Below the pieces are notes generated by a model. That model saw only the letters and a list, made by a program, of their open reading frames with translations. It made no database searches and was not told where the DNA came from. Shown piece after piece: positions 16,560 to 24,847 of a stretch of 47,353 nt of DNA. The DNA comes from an uncultured Steroidobacteraceae bacterium (lineage in GTDB: Bacteria; Chloroflexota; Limnocylindria; QHBO01). Numbering within the stretch: the stretch's first letter is position 1; each line of letters opens with the position of its first letter. The stretch lies in the NCBI GenBank assembly GCA_964469325.1, contig CAYXZN010000001.1, positions 1-47,353 on the forward strand, in the 5' to 3' direction. Made by a program: the position numbers and the translations under genes.

Positions 16560-18686
16560 TCAGGCTCGGCCTGCGGCCACTTCCTCGGCGCGGGTTCGGC
16601 TGCACAGCCGGATGAGGTCCTCGTGCAGCTCGAACCAGATGCTGTGGTAGCTGTCGACGCGGGGTGAGGCGACGTAGGCGGTGTCGCCGTCGCGAGCGGA
16701 GTCGCCGGCTCGCTCCAGCCGGTTGCGATACGTGCCGAGGCGCGGCAGCGCCTCGACGAGCGGGTCGATCCAGGCCAGGACGTCGTCGTGCAGTGCAGCC
16801 AGGCGCTCGAGCACCCCGCCGTCGTACGCCTGGTCGCTGTGGTCGTTGACGGTCTGCTCGCCGTCCACCTCCCGCATCTGCCACTCGGTCACGGTCAGCT
16901 TCATGCGTGCGTCGAGAGCCAGGAAGGCGTCCAGGGCGCGCTCCGCGGCTTCGTGTCCCCACGCCTCGCGGTCGGCGGCGACCAGCTCTGCCGCGGCCGC
17001 CTTGCCATCCGCGGTCAGACGGAACGACCCCGCCGACACCTCCGCCAGGCCGTCGGCGACGAGGCGGTCCAGGACGGCCCCTGCATGGTCGGCGGTGCAG
17101 AACATCGATGCCGCCAGCATGTCCGCGGTCGCATAGCCCTTGATCAGCAGCGCGCGCAGCACCTCCTCGCGGTTCGTCTGCTCCGAGCCTGCCGGCTTCC
17201 CGCCGCGCTCGCTGCCCGTACCAGCCGGGATCTCGATCCCGAGCTCGCGGGCCCAGGAGAGCAGCACCTCGGCTTCCGGCACCGGCTGTCGGGCTGAGGC
17301 GACCTCCCCGGCATACACGCGGCCGGAGGTGCCGTCGATGGTGATCACCTCCCCGGCGGCGAGCTCACGGCCGTGGACGGTGATGCCCGCCGCCGCCACC
17401 CCGATGCCGTCGGCGCCGACAACTGCCGGGATGCCCCATCCGCGGGCGACGACGGCGGCGTGGCTGGCCAGCCCCCCGCTGGCCGTCAGCACACCGGCCG
17501 AGCAGGCCATGCCGTGCACGTCGTCGGGCGACGTCTCGGAGCGAACCAGGATGACGCGGCGACCCTCCTGAGCCGCCGCCGCGGCGGCGTCGGCGCTGGT
17601 CACGATCTCGCCACAGGCGACTCCCGGCGACGCACCCAGGCCGGTGGCGAGCAGCCGAGCGTCCACCGGCGGGGTGCTCCGCACCGCGGGCGGATCGGCG
17701 AGCAGGTGTGCCACCCGTCGCACCGCGGCGTCGCGCTCCAGTGGGAACGTCGCGTCTTCCGCCATCTCGACCGCCACCCGCAGCGCCGCCTGCGGACTGC
17801 GCTTGCCGACGCGCACCTGCAGCAGCCAGAGCCGGCGGCGCTCGATGGTGAACTCGATGTCGCAGAGGTCGGCGTAGTGCCGCTCGAGCCGATGGGCGAC
17901 GTCGTGGAGCTCGCGGGCCACCTGGGGCATCCGCTCGTCCAGGACGCCGATCGGCTCGGTGCGGTGGTCGCCGGCCACCACGTCCTCACCCTGCGCACCG
18001 AACATCACGTCGCCGTACGGCGTCGCCTCCCCGGTGGCCGGATTTCGGGTGAACAGGACCCCCGTCCCGGAGTCCGGACCGAGATTGCCGAAGACCATGG
18101 CCTGCACCGTGACGGCCGTCCCGAGGTCGTCGGCGATGCCCTCGTGCTGCCGGTACTTTCGGGCGCGCGGGCTGTCCCACGAGCGGAAGACCGCGTCCAC
18201 CGCCCCACGCAGCTGCACCCACGGGTCGTCGGGGATCGACTCGACCCCCACGATCGCGCAGTACATCGCCCCGAATCGGCGCCAGCAGTCGTCGGCGAAG
18301 GTCGGGTCGCCGGTCGTGGCGGCGAGGCCCTCGACCGCCGCCGGCGTGAGGCCGAGGTTGAGGATGGTGTCCATCATCCCGGGCATCGAGACCGGGGCGC
18401 CGGACCGAACGCTCACCAGCAGCGGGTTGGTGGGATCTCCGAACCTGCGGCCCACCGCCTCCTCCAGCCGCCGCATGTGCTGCCGCAGCTCCTCCTCCAG
18501 CCCATCCGGCCAGCGTCCGGACAGGGAGGCGAGGCAGGCCTGCGTGGAGACGGTGAACCCGGGTGGGACGGGCAGCCCGAGGCGCGTGACCATGGTGCTG
18601 ATGTTCGCTGCCTTGCCACCGATCAGCCGCTTCAGGTCCTCCGGCGGCAGGTCATGTCGGTGCTCGAAGGCGAAGACGTAGCTCAA
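16560..18686 (-). CDS. Atypical PEP-utilizer: PPDK-type ATP-grasp N-domain plus phosphohistidine swivel domain plus an unrecognised ~200-aa C-terminal domain; no PEP/pyruvate TIM-barrel
   Basis: 708 aa. N-terminal PPDK_N motifs are present (LIGGKAANISTM..GLPVPPGFTVST, LVSVRSGAPVSMPGMMDTILNLG, GTAVTVQAMVFGN, DIEFTIERRRLWLLQVRVGKR). The swivel domain is SGGLASHAAVVARGWGIPAVVG, with catalytic His409 at codon 17462..17460. Residues ~505-708 (nt 16563..17174) lack any GTNDL-type TIM-barrel motif and look like a winged-helix segment followed by a helical domain. Confidence 0.8.
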   Translation of the reverse strand: MSYVFAFEHRHDLPPEDLKRLIGGKAANISTMVTRLGLPVPPGFTVSTQACLASLSGRWPDGLEEELRQHMRRLEEAVGRRFGDPTNPLLVSVRSGAPVSMPGMMDTILNLGLTPAAVEGLAATTGDPTFADDCWRRFGAMYCAIVGVESIPDDPWVQLRGAVDAVFRSWDSPRARKYRQHEGIADDLGTAVTVQAMVFGNLGPDSGTGVLFTRNPATGEATPYGDVMFGAQGEDVVAGDHRTEPIGVLDERMPQVARELHDVAHRLERHYADLCDIEFTIERRRLWLLQVRVGKRSPQAALRVAVEMAEDATFPLERDAAVRRVAHLLADPPAVRSTPPVDARLLATGLGASPGVACGEIVTSADAAAAAAQEGRRVILVRSETSPDDVHGMACSAGVLTASGGLASHAAVVARGWGIPAVVGADGIGVAAAGITVHGRELAAGEVITIDGTSGRVYAGEVASARQPVPEAEVLLSWARELGIEIPAGTGSERGGKPAGSEQTNREEVLRALLIKGYATADMLAASMFCTADHAGAVLDRLVADGLAEVSAGSFRLTADGKAAAAELVAADREAWGHEAAERALDAFLALDARMKLTVTEWQMREVDGEQTVNDHSDQAYDGGVLERLAALHDDVLAWIDPLVEALPRLGTYRNRLERAGDSARDGDTAYVASPRVDSYHSIWFELHEDLIRLCSRTRAEEVAAGRA

Positions 18687-18714
18687 CGTCGGGTTCTCCT
18701 CGGGCTCGGTGGGC

Positions 18715-19605
18715 TCAGATGACGGCCACCGGGTCCACCATGGACCCTGTGGCCCCGCGGATCTTCAGCGGCAGGGCCACGAACAGGAACTCGTAGATCC
18801 GCTCGTGCGCCAGCTCCTCCAGATCCAGGCTCTCCATCAGGTACACGCCGCTCTCGATGAGCAGGAGCGTGTGGACCGGCTGCGGGTTGCCGGATGGGCC
18901 GGGATCCGGCGCCGGCTGCACCTCGTACGTCTCGGTGTCGGTCCCGGTGCCGACGACGCCCTTCTCCAGCAGCCAGCGCGCGGCCGAGATGTCCGGCCCG
19001 GGAGTCTTGTTGGCGGCCATGGCGTCCACATCGGGCCAGAGGCTCATGTAGCCGGTGCGGATCAGGACGACGTCCCACCGCTCGACGCTCACGCGCTGGG
19101 CGGCGCAGATCGCGTCGAGCTCGGCCGCGTCGATGGGGGAGCCTTTGGGGAGGCAGCCCAGGCCGCGGTGACCGGCGGCATCCAGGAGCACGCCGCGGGT
19201 GAAGAACGGTGGCAGGCTGGAGGCGTCGAGGTGCGTCGGCCCGAAGTCGGTCAGGTGCTCGTCGGCGCGCCCGCCGCCGTACCAGTGCATGTCGTCGCCA
19301 ACCGTCATGTGGGCCAGGGCGTCGACGTGGGCGCCCGAGTGGCTGGTGGCCATCACGTACTCCGCCATGTAGCCGAGGCCCGCGTCGTTGATCGGGCCCC
19401 AGGGTTGGGCGCGGGTGACCCGGATCCCCCGCGGGGTCCGGTAGTTCAGCACCTGGAAGGGCGGATGGCCCGGGAACAGCGGCATGCCGGGGTAGCGCGT
19501 GGCCGCCAGCGAGATCATGCGCCCCTGCCGCACCAACCGGGCGGCGCGAACCACCTGCTCAGCGGGCAGCTCACGGGCAGGCCCCGGCCCGGTTGGGGCG
19601 GTCAT
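18715..19605 (-). CDS. Cyclase-family metal-dependent hydrolase (kynurenine formamidase / isatin hydrolase-like)
   Basis: The real start is ATG 19605 (MTAPTGPGPAREL..), which forms an ATGA overlap with the upstream stop at 19602..19604. The His/Asp metal motif appears as SHSGAHVDALAHM (HxGxHxDxxxH pattern). 296 aa. Confidence 0.75.
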   Translation of the reverse strand: MTAPTGPGPARELPAEQVVRAARLVRQGRMISLAATRYPGMPLFPGHPPFQVLNYRTPRGIRVTRAQPWGPINDAGLGYMAEYVMATSHSGAHVDALAHMTVGDDMHWYGGGRADEHLTDFGPTHLDASSLPPFFTRGVLLDAAGHRGLGCLPKGSPIDAAELDAICAAQRVSVERWDVVLIRTGYMSLWPDVDAMAANKTPGPDISAARWLLEKGVVGTGTDTETYEVQPAPDPGPSGNPQPVHTLLLIESGVYLMESLDLEELAHERIYEFLFVALPLKIRGATGSMVDPVAVI

Positions 19606-21872
19606 GACACCACCTCCATCCTCGCTGAGCGGCGCCGCTCCTCGAGCGCCTGCCAGACCCGCTGCGGGGTGAGCGGCAGGTCGCGAATCACGACTCCGCA
19701 CGCCTGGTGGACGGCGGCCGCCACGGCCGGGGCAACGCACAGCAGCGCGCCCTCGCTCATGCCCTTGGCACCGTAGGGACCGGGGCCGTCCTCGTTCTCG
19801 ACGACCGCGCTCACCATCTCCATCGGCAGATCCTTACTGGTGGGGATGCGATAGTCGATGGCACCCAGGTTCCGGATGCGCCCGGCGTCGTCGAAGATGT
19901 AGTGCTCCATCAGGGTGTGGCCCAGGCCCATGATCGCCGCTCCCTCGTCCTGCATCCGCACCTGCAGCGGGTTCAGCGCCCTGCCGACGTCGGAGACGGT
20001 CACGTGGCGCTGGATCACCAGCTCACCGGTGCCCTCGTCGACCTCCACCTCCACCGCGGTGCAGTTGAACTCGTAGAAGGCCGCCGGACCGCCCAGCGGG
20101 TGGCCCGGCACGTCCTCCTTCCGCGCCGTGCCGTTGCCGATCAGCTCGCCGCCCAGCCGACCCAGCCCGGCGATCAGCACATCGGCCAGCGGCAGCTCCT
20201 GCCCGCGCACCCGCGCCACGCCGCGCCCGATCTCGACATCGCTCTCCGGGGTTTCGTGCAGGCGAGCAGCCATGGCGCGCAGCTGGGCCTGCAGCTGGTG
20301 GCAGGCGTCCAGCACCGCGTTACCCATCAGCACGCTCGATCGGCTGGCGGACGTCTGCTGGTCGTAGGGAGCCACGAAGGTGTCGCCGGAGATGACGTTG
20401 ATCCGGTCCAGCGGCACACCCAGCTCCTGGCTGGCGATCTGGGCGAAGATCGTCCGGGACCCCTGGCCCATGTCCGAGGTGCCGGTGTAGACGAGGACGC
20501 TTCCGTCACCCAGGAACCGCACCGTCGCGTACGAGAGCCCCGTCGTGGGTCCCAGCTTGATCCCGACCGCGATGGCGCGGCCATGGCGCGGCGGCGGGGG
20601 CGTTCCCCAGCCGATCAGCTCGGCGGCGCGCCGCACGCTCTGCTGCCAGTCACCGTCGGCGGGCAGGTCGGTCGGGATGAACCGCTCGCCCTGCCTGGCC
20701 AGGTTGCGCAGCCGGATCTCGAGACCGTCCAGGCCGAGCCGACGGGCCGCCTCGTCCAGGTTCGACTCCACCGCCCAGTTGACCTGGGGCGCCCCGAAAC
20801 CTCGAAAGGCCGTCGACGGCGGGGTGTGCGACAGGATGGCGCGTGCCACGATGCGCGCGGAGGGAACCCGGTACGGACCGTTTCCCGGATAGGAGCCCTT
20901 GCCGACGACCCGGTCGGAGATGTCCGCGTAGGCTCCGAGCAGGTAGTCGGCGAGGATCTCGCGGAAGGCGACTCTCCCGTCCGATCGGAACCCGGTGCGG
21001 ACCCGGATCGCCGAGGAGTTGCGGCGAGCGGCCTGGAACGTCTCCTCCAGCGTCAGGATGAGCCGAACCGGACGGCCGGTGAGCAGCGCCATGAAGGCCA
21101 CCAGCGGCTCGAACTTGACGTGCTGCTTCCCGCCGAAGGCACCTCCGGGGTCGGGCGCCAGCACGCGCACCTTGCTCAACGGCAGCTCGAGGATCGTGGC
21201 CATCATCCGCTGCAGCCAGTACGGGTGCTGGATCGAGCTCCACACCGCGATCCCGTCGCCATCGGGCGCGGCGATGAATCCGTGCGGCTCGATGGCGAAG
21301 TGGGTGACCATCGGAAAGTCGTAGGTCCCCTCCACCACCACGTCGGCCTCGGCCCCGTCCACGTCGCCCCACTCGTAGCGGTGCTCGCGCAGCACGTTGG
21401 TACCGGCCAGCGGGTCGTCCGGCCGCAACGTGGGATCCTGGACCAGCGGTGCGTCGGCTGCCAGCGCTCCGGCTATGGTGAAGACCGCCGGCAGCTCCTC
21501 GTACTCGACCCGGACCAGGCGGGCTGCGGCCTCAGCGGCGTCCTTCGTGTCGGCGGCCACGGCGGCGACGGGCTCGCCGTGGTACTTGACCTCGTCGAGC
21601 GCGATCACCGGCCGATCGGCGAACTGCGGGCCGAACCGCGGAACCGGCTGCGGCAGGTCGGCGGCGGTGAGCACCAGGTGCACGCCCGGGACGCGCTCCG
21701 CCTCCTTCGTGTCGATGGAGACGATCCGCGCGTGCGCGGCGTCCACGGTGACCAGGCGGGCGTGCAGCATGTCCGGCAAGCGCACGTCGGCCACGTACTG
21801 CTGCAGGCCGGTCACCCGGGGGTGTCCGCCCCCTCGCCGCGGAGACGTGCCGACTCCACCGCCGCCGCTCAT
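19602..21872 (-). CDS. Molybdopterin-binding large subunit of a xanthine dehydrogenase/aldehyde oxidase-family hydroxylase
   Basis: The real start is ATG 21872 (MSGGGGVGTSPRR..), overlapping the small-subunit stop as ATGA. 756 aa. Motifs include PRVTGLQQYVADV and AFRGFGAPQVNWAVES (XDH-family RGFG.PQ type, not the CO-dehydrogenase AYRCSFR loop), plus a C-terminal YGAKGMSEG. Confidence 0.85.
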   Translation of the reverse strand: MSGGGGVGTSPRRGGGHPRVTGLQQYVADVRLPDMLHARLVTVDAAHARIVSIDTKEAERVPGVHLVLTAADLPQPVPRFGPQFADRPVIALDEVKYHGEPVAAVAADTKDAAEAAARLVRVEYEELPAVFTIAGALAADAPLVQDPTLRPDDPLAGTNVLREHRYEWGDVDGAEADVVVEGTYDFPMVTHFAIEPHGFIAAPDGDGIAVWSSIQHPYWLQRMMATILELPLSKVRVLAPDPGGAFGGKQHVKFEPLVAFMALLTGRPVRLILTLEETFQAARRNSSAIRVRTGFRSDGRVAFREILADYLLGAYADISDRVVGKGSYPGNGPYRVPSARIVARAILSHTPPSTAFRGFGAPQVNWAVESNLDEAARRLGLDGLEIRLRNLARQGERFIPTDLPADGDWQQSVRRAAELIGWGTPPPPRHGRAIAVGIKLGPTTGLSYATVRFLGDGSVLVYTGTSDMGQGSRTIFAQIASQELGVPLDRINVISGDTFVAPYDQQTSASRSSVLMGNAVLDACHQLQAQLRAMAARLHETPESDVEIGRGVARVRGQELPLADVLIAGLGRLGGELIGNGTARKEDVPGHPLGGPAAFYEFNCTAVEVEVDEGTGELVIQRHVTVSDVGRALNPLQVRMQDEGAAIMGLGHTLMEHYIFDDAGRIRNLGAIDYRIPTSKDLPMEMVSAVVENEDGPGPYGAKGMSEGALLCVAPAVAAAVHQACGVVIRDLPLTPQRVWQALEERRRSARMEVVS

Positions 21873-22345
21873 CGTCGCGCCGCCTCCGCCGCGGCGACCA
21901 CCGCCTCGGTGATCTGCTCGTAGCCCGAGCAGCGGCACAGGTTGCCGGCCAGCGCTTCGTGAATCTCTTCCACCGTTGGATCGGGGTTGCGCTCCAGGAG
22001 CGCCTGCGCAGCCATGAGCTGCCCGGGGATGCAGAAGCCGCACTGGGTGGCCCCCTTGTCCAGGAAGGCCTGCTGAAGCTCGGTCAGCTCACCACCGGCG
22101 GCCAGCCCCTCCACCGTTCGCACCTCGTGCCCGTCGGCCTCCACCGCCAGCATCAGGCACGAGTTGACCGACCGGCCCTCGATGATCACGGTGCACGCGC
22201 CGCACTCGCCCACCACGCAGCACTCCTTCGAACCAGTCAGCCCGAGCTGGTCGCGCAGCACCTCGAGGAGCGTGTGGTGGACCGCGACCTCCAGCTGGCG
22301 CTGCCGGCCGTTCAGGGTGAGCTGGATGGCGAGACTCCTGGTCAT
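21869..22345 (-). CDS. [2Fe-2S]-binding small subunit of the molybdenum hydroxylase
   Basis: 158 aa. It carries both Cys clusters (GSKECCVVGECGACTV and CGFCIPG..CRCSGY), typical of CoxS/XdhC-iron-sulfur subunits. Confidence 0.92.
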   Translation of the reverse strand: MTRSLAIQLTLNGRQRQLEVAVHHTLLEVLRDQLGLTGSKECCVVGECGACTVIIEGRSVNSCLMLAVEADGHEVRTVEGLAAGGELTELQQAFLDKGATQCGFCIPGQLMAAQALLERNPDPTVEEIHEALAGNLCRCSGYEQITEAVVAAAEAARR

Positions 22346-23211
22346 GCTCCTGGCTCCCCGGACAGCCGAGCGGCCGCGGTCTCGAGTGCGCGCATGGCCA
22401 GCACCCGCAGCATCGCCACCCGGTACTCGGGACTGGCCCGCAGCGAGGTGGCCGACGGCGAGGCCGCGGACAGCATCTCCTCCAGGAGCGCGTCGCGTTC
22501 GGACTGCGCTGCGTCGGGATCCGCCAGGGTGCCCGACGCGTCGGTGAAGAGCAGCGGACGGGGGCCGACGCTCCCGTAGGCCAGCCGCACCACGCGGTCG
22601 GCGTCGACGGTGGCGGCCAGCGTGATCGAGGCGAGGTCGGTGCCCCGCCGCCGGGTGAGGCGGGTGTAGGCCCCGCCGGTCGGTCGTGCTTGGAACGGTA
22701 GCTCGATGGCGGTCACCAGCTCGCCCCGGCGCATCGTCGTCTGGCCGGATCGCACGAAAAAGTCGTCGATCGGGATCCGGCGCTCGCCGCCGCTGCCCAT
22801 GACGACCACATCGGCGCCGTAGACGAGCAACGGTGGCGCGGTGTCGGCGGCGGGGGAGGCGTTGCAGATGTTGCCGGCCAGGGTTGCGCGATTGCGGATC
22901 TGAACCGATCCGACCACCGCCGCGGACTCAGCCAGCGGCCGGAACCGCTCGAGCACCACCGGATGGCTCTCGATCTCGCCCATGACGGTGCCCGCGCTGA
23001 TCACCAGCCGCCGCTCTGAGATGCGGATGGCGGGGGCCAGCTCCGGGATGCGCTTGAGGTCGACCACCACATCGGGCTGCAGGGCGTAGTCGCGGAGACC
23101 GATGACCAGGTCCGTCCCACCGGCGATGATCTGCGCCTGCGGCCCGAGCTCCTCCAGGAGCGCGACCGCCTCGTCGAGGGTGGACGGCCGCTGGTAGCTG
23201 AAGGGGTGCAT
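22342..23211 (-). CDS. FAD-binding medium subunit of the molybdenum hydroxylase
   Basis: 289 aa. MHPFSYQRPSTLDEAVALLEE..IIAGGTDLV and RNRATLAGNICNASPAADT are typical of the CoxM/FAD_binding_5 family. It overlaps the small-subunit gene by 4 nt. Confidence 0.88.
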   Translation of the reverse strand: MHPFSYQRPSTLDEAVALLEELGPQAQIIAGGTDLVIGLRDYALQPDVVVDLKRIPELAPAIRISERRLVISAGTVMGEIESHPVVLERFRPLAESAAVVGSVQIRNRATLAGNICNASPAADTAPPLLVYGADVVVMGSGGERRIPIDDFFVRSGQTTMRRGELVTAIELPFQARPTGGAYTRLTRRRGTDLASITLAATVDADRVVRLAYGSVGPRPLLFTDASGTLADPDAAQSERDALLEEMLSAASPSATSLRASPEYRVAMLRVLAMRALETAAARLSGEPGA

Positions 23212-23236
23212 CGGTCTGGCGCCTTGCCTTTCGCCG

Positions 23237-24142
23237 TCAGAGGATCCTGTCCACCTCGTCCATCAGCACCTGGGGGTTGGCAGCACGGACGAAGTAGTAG
23301 GGACGATCGCAGAAGCGTGCCACGAAGTCGGCGCGTGCGCGCCGCAGCGGCTCGCTGTCGATGATCGGCATCGGCCAGTGAGGTGCGAGCAGCTCGTTGA
23401 GCAGGAAGTAGTTCTGCAGCGAATGCAGCGTCTGGAACTGGCGCTCGAAGGGGATCATCTCCACCAGGCTGGGGTCGAAGTTGCCGTCGATGGCCGGAAC
23501 GACCACCACGTCCACGTTGCTCGGGCCCTGGAAGGTCTCCCAGCCTGGCATCTCCCCGAAGAACTTTTCAACGCCGCGGTTGGGCGCCGCCTTGTCGGCG
23601 CGCTCGGTCCCCTCCGCACGCTTCTTGATGAAGACGTCCTTGGACCCCATCACCGCGGTCCCACTCTCGTCCACCACCGTCGTCTCGGTCGAGACCAGGA
23701 GGCCGCCACGGCGGCAGGCCTCGATCTGTCCCATGCTCTTGCCGTGGTTTGACTCGCCGCCCAGGAACATGATGGTGCGATCGCGGTAGCGGACGGCCGA
23801 GGCGTGGAACGGGTGCAGGCCCTGGCCCTCCATGCGCAGCGCAAGCATGGCGACCACCACCTTCTGCAGGGGTCCGGCCGCCCATGGCCCGCTGAACGTC
23901 ACGGCGTGGCCGTCGTACGAGACGGACTTCTCGCCCGTCGTGTGCCACACGATGTCCGGGTCGGACAGCGTCACCTCGGGTGACTGGCGCACATCGGCCA
24001 GGCGGTAGTTGAGGAAGTTCATGTCCTCCAGGACGTGGTCCCGCGGCTCGTCGCCGTGGACGTCGATGCGCAGCCTGGCGCGGCCGGCCGTGAGCTCCTC
24101 GGAGAGCTGGAGGGAGGGGGAGGCCTTGAGAGCGTTCATCAT
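23237..24142 (-). CDS. HPr-kinase/phosphorylase C-domain-like P-loop protein (function unknown)
   Basis: 301 aa. HASAVRYRDRTIMFLGGESNHGKSMGQIEACRRGGLLVSTETTVVDESG parallels the HprK C-domain pattern H-G-x-L-V-x(4,6)-G-x-L-I-x-G-x-S-G-x-GKS..ALEL..G..L..DD. I recognised no other domain. Its start overlaps the GntR gene stop. Confidence 0.5.
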   Translation of the reverse strand: MMNALKASPSLQLSEELTAGRARLRIDVHGDEPRDHVLEDMNFLNYRLADVRQSPEVTLSDPDIVWHTTGEKSVSYDGHAVTFSGPWAAGPLQKVVVAMLALRMEGQGLHPFHASAVRYRDRTIMFLGGESNHGKSMGQIEACRRGGLLVSTETTVVDESGTAVMGSKDVFIKKRAEGTERADKAAPNRGVEKFFGEMPGWETFQGPSNVDVVVVPAIDGNFDPSLVEMIPFERQFQTLHSLQNYFLLNELLAPHWPMPIIDSEPLRRARADFVARFCDRPYYFVRAANPQVLMDEVDRIL

Positions 24143-24834
24143 GTCCTTTCGGCTGGCGTGGGCTGCAGCGGAGCATCGGCGCGGTCCCAGGAGTCGTGGA
24201 GCATCGCGCCGGCAGTCGCGTAGTGCTGCTCCAGAGCCGTCATGGCCGATTGCACGTCGCGCGCGCGGAGCGCGTCGAGCACCGGCTGGTGCAGGTCGGC
24301 GATCCGGTGCCGGTCGGCTCCGGGTGCGACCAGCGTGATGTAGGTGCGCGAAAACGGCTCGAGCAGCCGCCAGACGCGCTGGAGGGTGGAGTTGCCGGAC
24401 AGCGCGACGATGCGCCCGTGGAAGAGGGCGTCGGCGACCGCCTCGGCGTGCAGGTCGTTGGCTCGTGCCGCGCGCCGCATCTCACCCAGGTGGTCGGTCA
24501 GCTCCTGGAGCTCGCCGCCGGTCAGCCTCGGCAGCGCGAGCCGGATCGCGAGCGACTCCAGCTGGACGCGGATGGCGAACGCCTCGAGGAGCTCGTCGGC
24601 CGTCGGGTGGCGGACGCGAGCTCCTCGAAACGCGGAGGTCTCCACGAGCCCGAGGGCCTCGAGGTCGCGCAGGGCTTCCCGCACCGGGGCCTGGCTGGTG
24701 CCGAGCTCGCGGGCGACGCGGGTCTCCACGATCCGCCCGCCCGGCGGGTAGCGGCCGTCCAGGATCGCCTGGAGCAGGTGATCCTTGACCTGGTCGCTCA
24801 GGATCATGCGCGAGATCGAGGCCTCGTGGCTCAT
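24139..24834 (-). CDS. GntR-family transcriptional regulator, FadR subfamily (FCD ligand domain), paralogue 1
   Basis: 231 aa. The wHTH is RIVETRVARELGTSQAPVREALRDLEALGLVE. The FCD-like helical C-domain includes FHGRIVALSGNSTLQRVW. It is closely similar by eye (identity not computed) to the product of 30459..31184. Confidence 0.9.
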   Translation of the reverse strand: MSHEASISRMILSDQVKDHLLQAILDGRYPPGGRIVETRVARELGTSQAPVREALRDLEALGLVETSAFRGARVRHPTADELLEAFAIRVQLESLAIRLALPRLTGGELQELTDHLGEMRRAARANDLHAEAVADALFHGRIVALSGNSTLQRVWRLLEPFSRTYITLVAPGADRHRIADLHQPVLDALRARDVQSAMTALEQHYATAGAMLHDSWDRADAPLQPTPAERT

Positions 24835-24847
24835 GGTCGCGGGTCGC

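Noticed and set aside
16515-16560. Terminator between the convergent Zn-ADH and PPDK-like genes
   Set aside because: Only weak options exist: a 7-bp stem GAGCGCC/GGCGCTC with a 16-nt loop, or a 6-bp AGGCGC/GCGCCT stem. That is not strong enough to list as a feature.
16560-18686. Annotating this gene as genuine pyruvate,phosphate dikinase (ppdK), or 24848..26638 as PEP synthase (ppsA)
   Set aside because: Neither protein contains the C-terminal PEP/pyruvate-binding TIM-barrel domain (no GTNDL-type motif). The 596-aa protein also lacks the ATP-grasp domain. Only partial domain sets are present.
19602-23211. Calling the three-subunit Mo-enzyme an aerobic CO dehydrogenase (coxMSL)
   Set aside because: The large subunit carries the RGFGAPQ-type loop of xanthine/aldehyde/N-heterocycle hydroxylases. 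I could not find the CODH active-site loop (AYRCSFR or AYRGAGR), and no coxDEF-type accessory genes are present.
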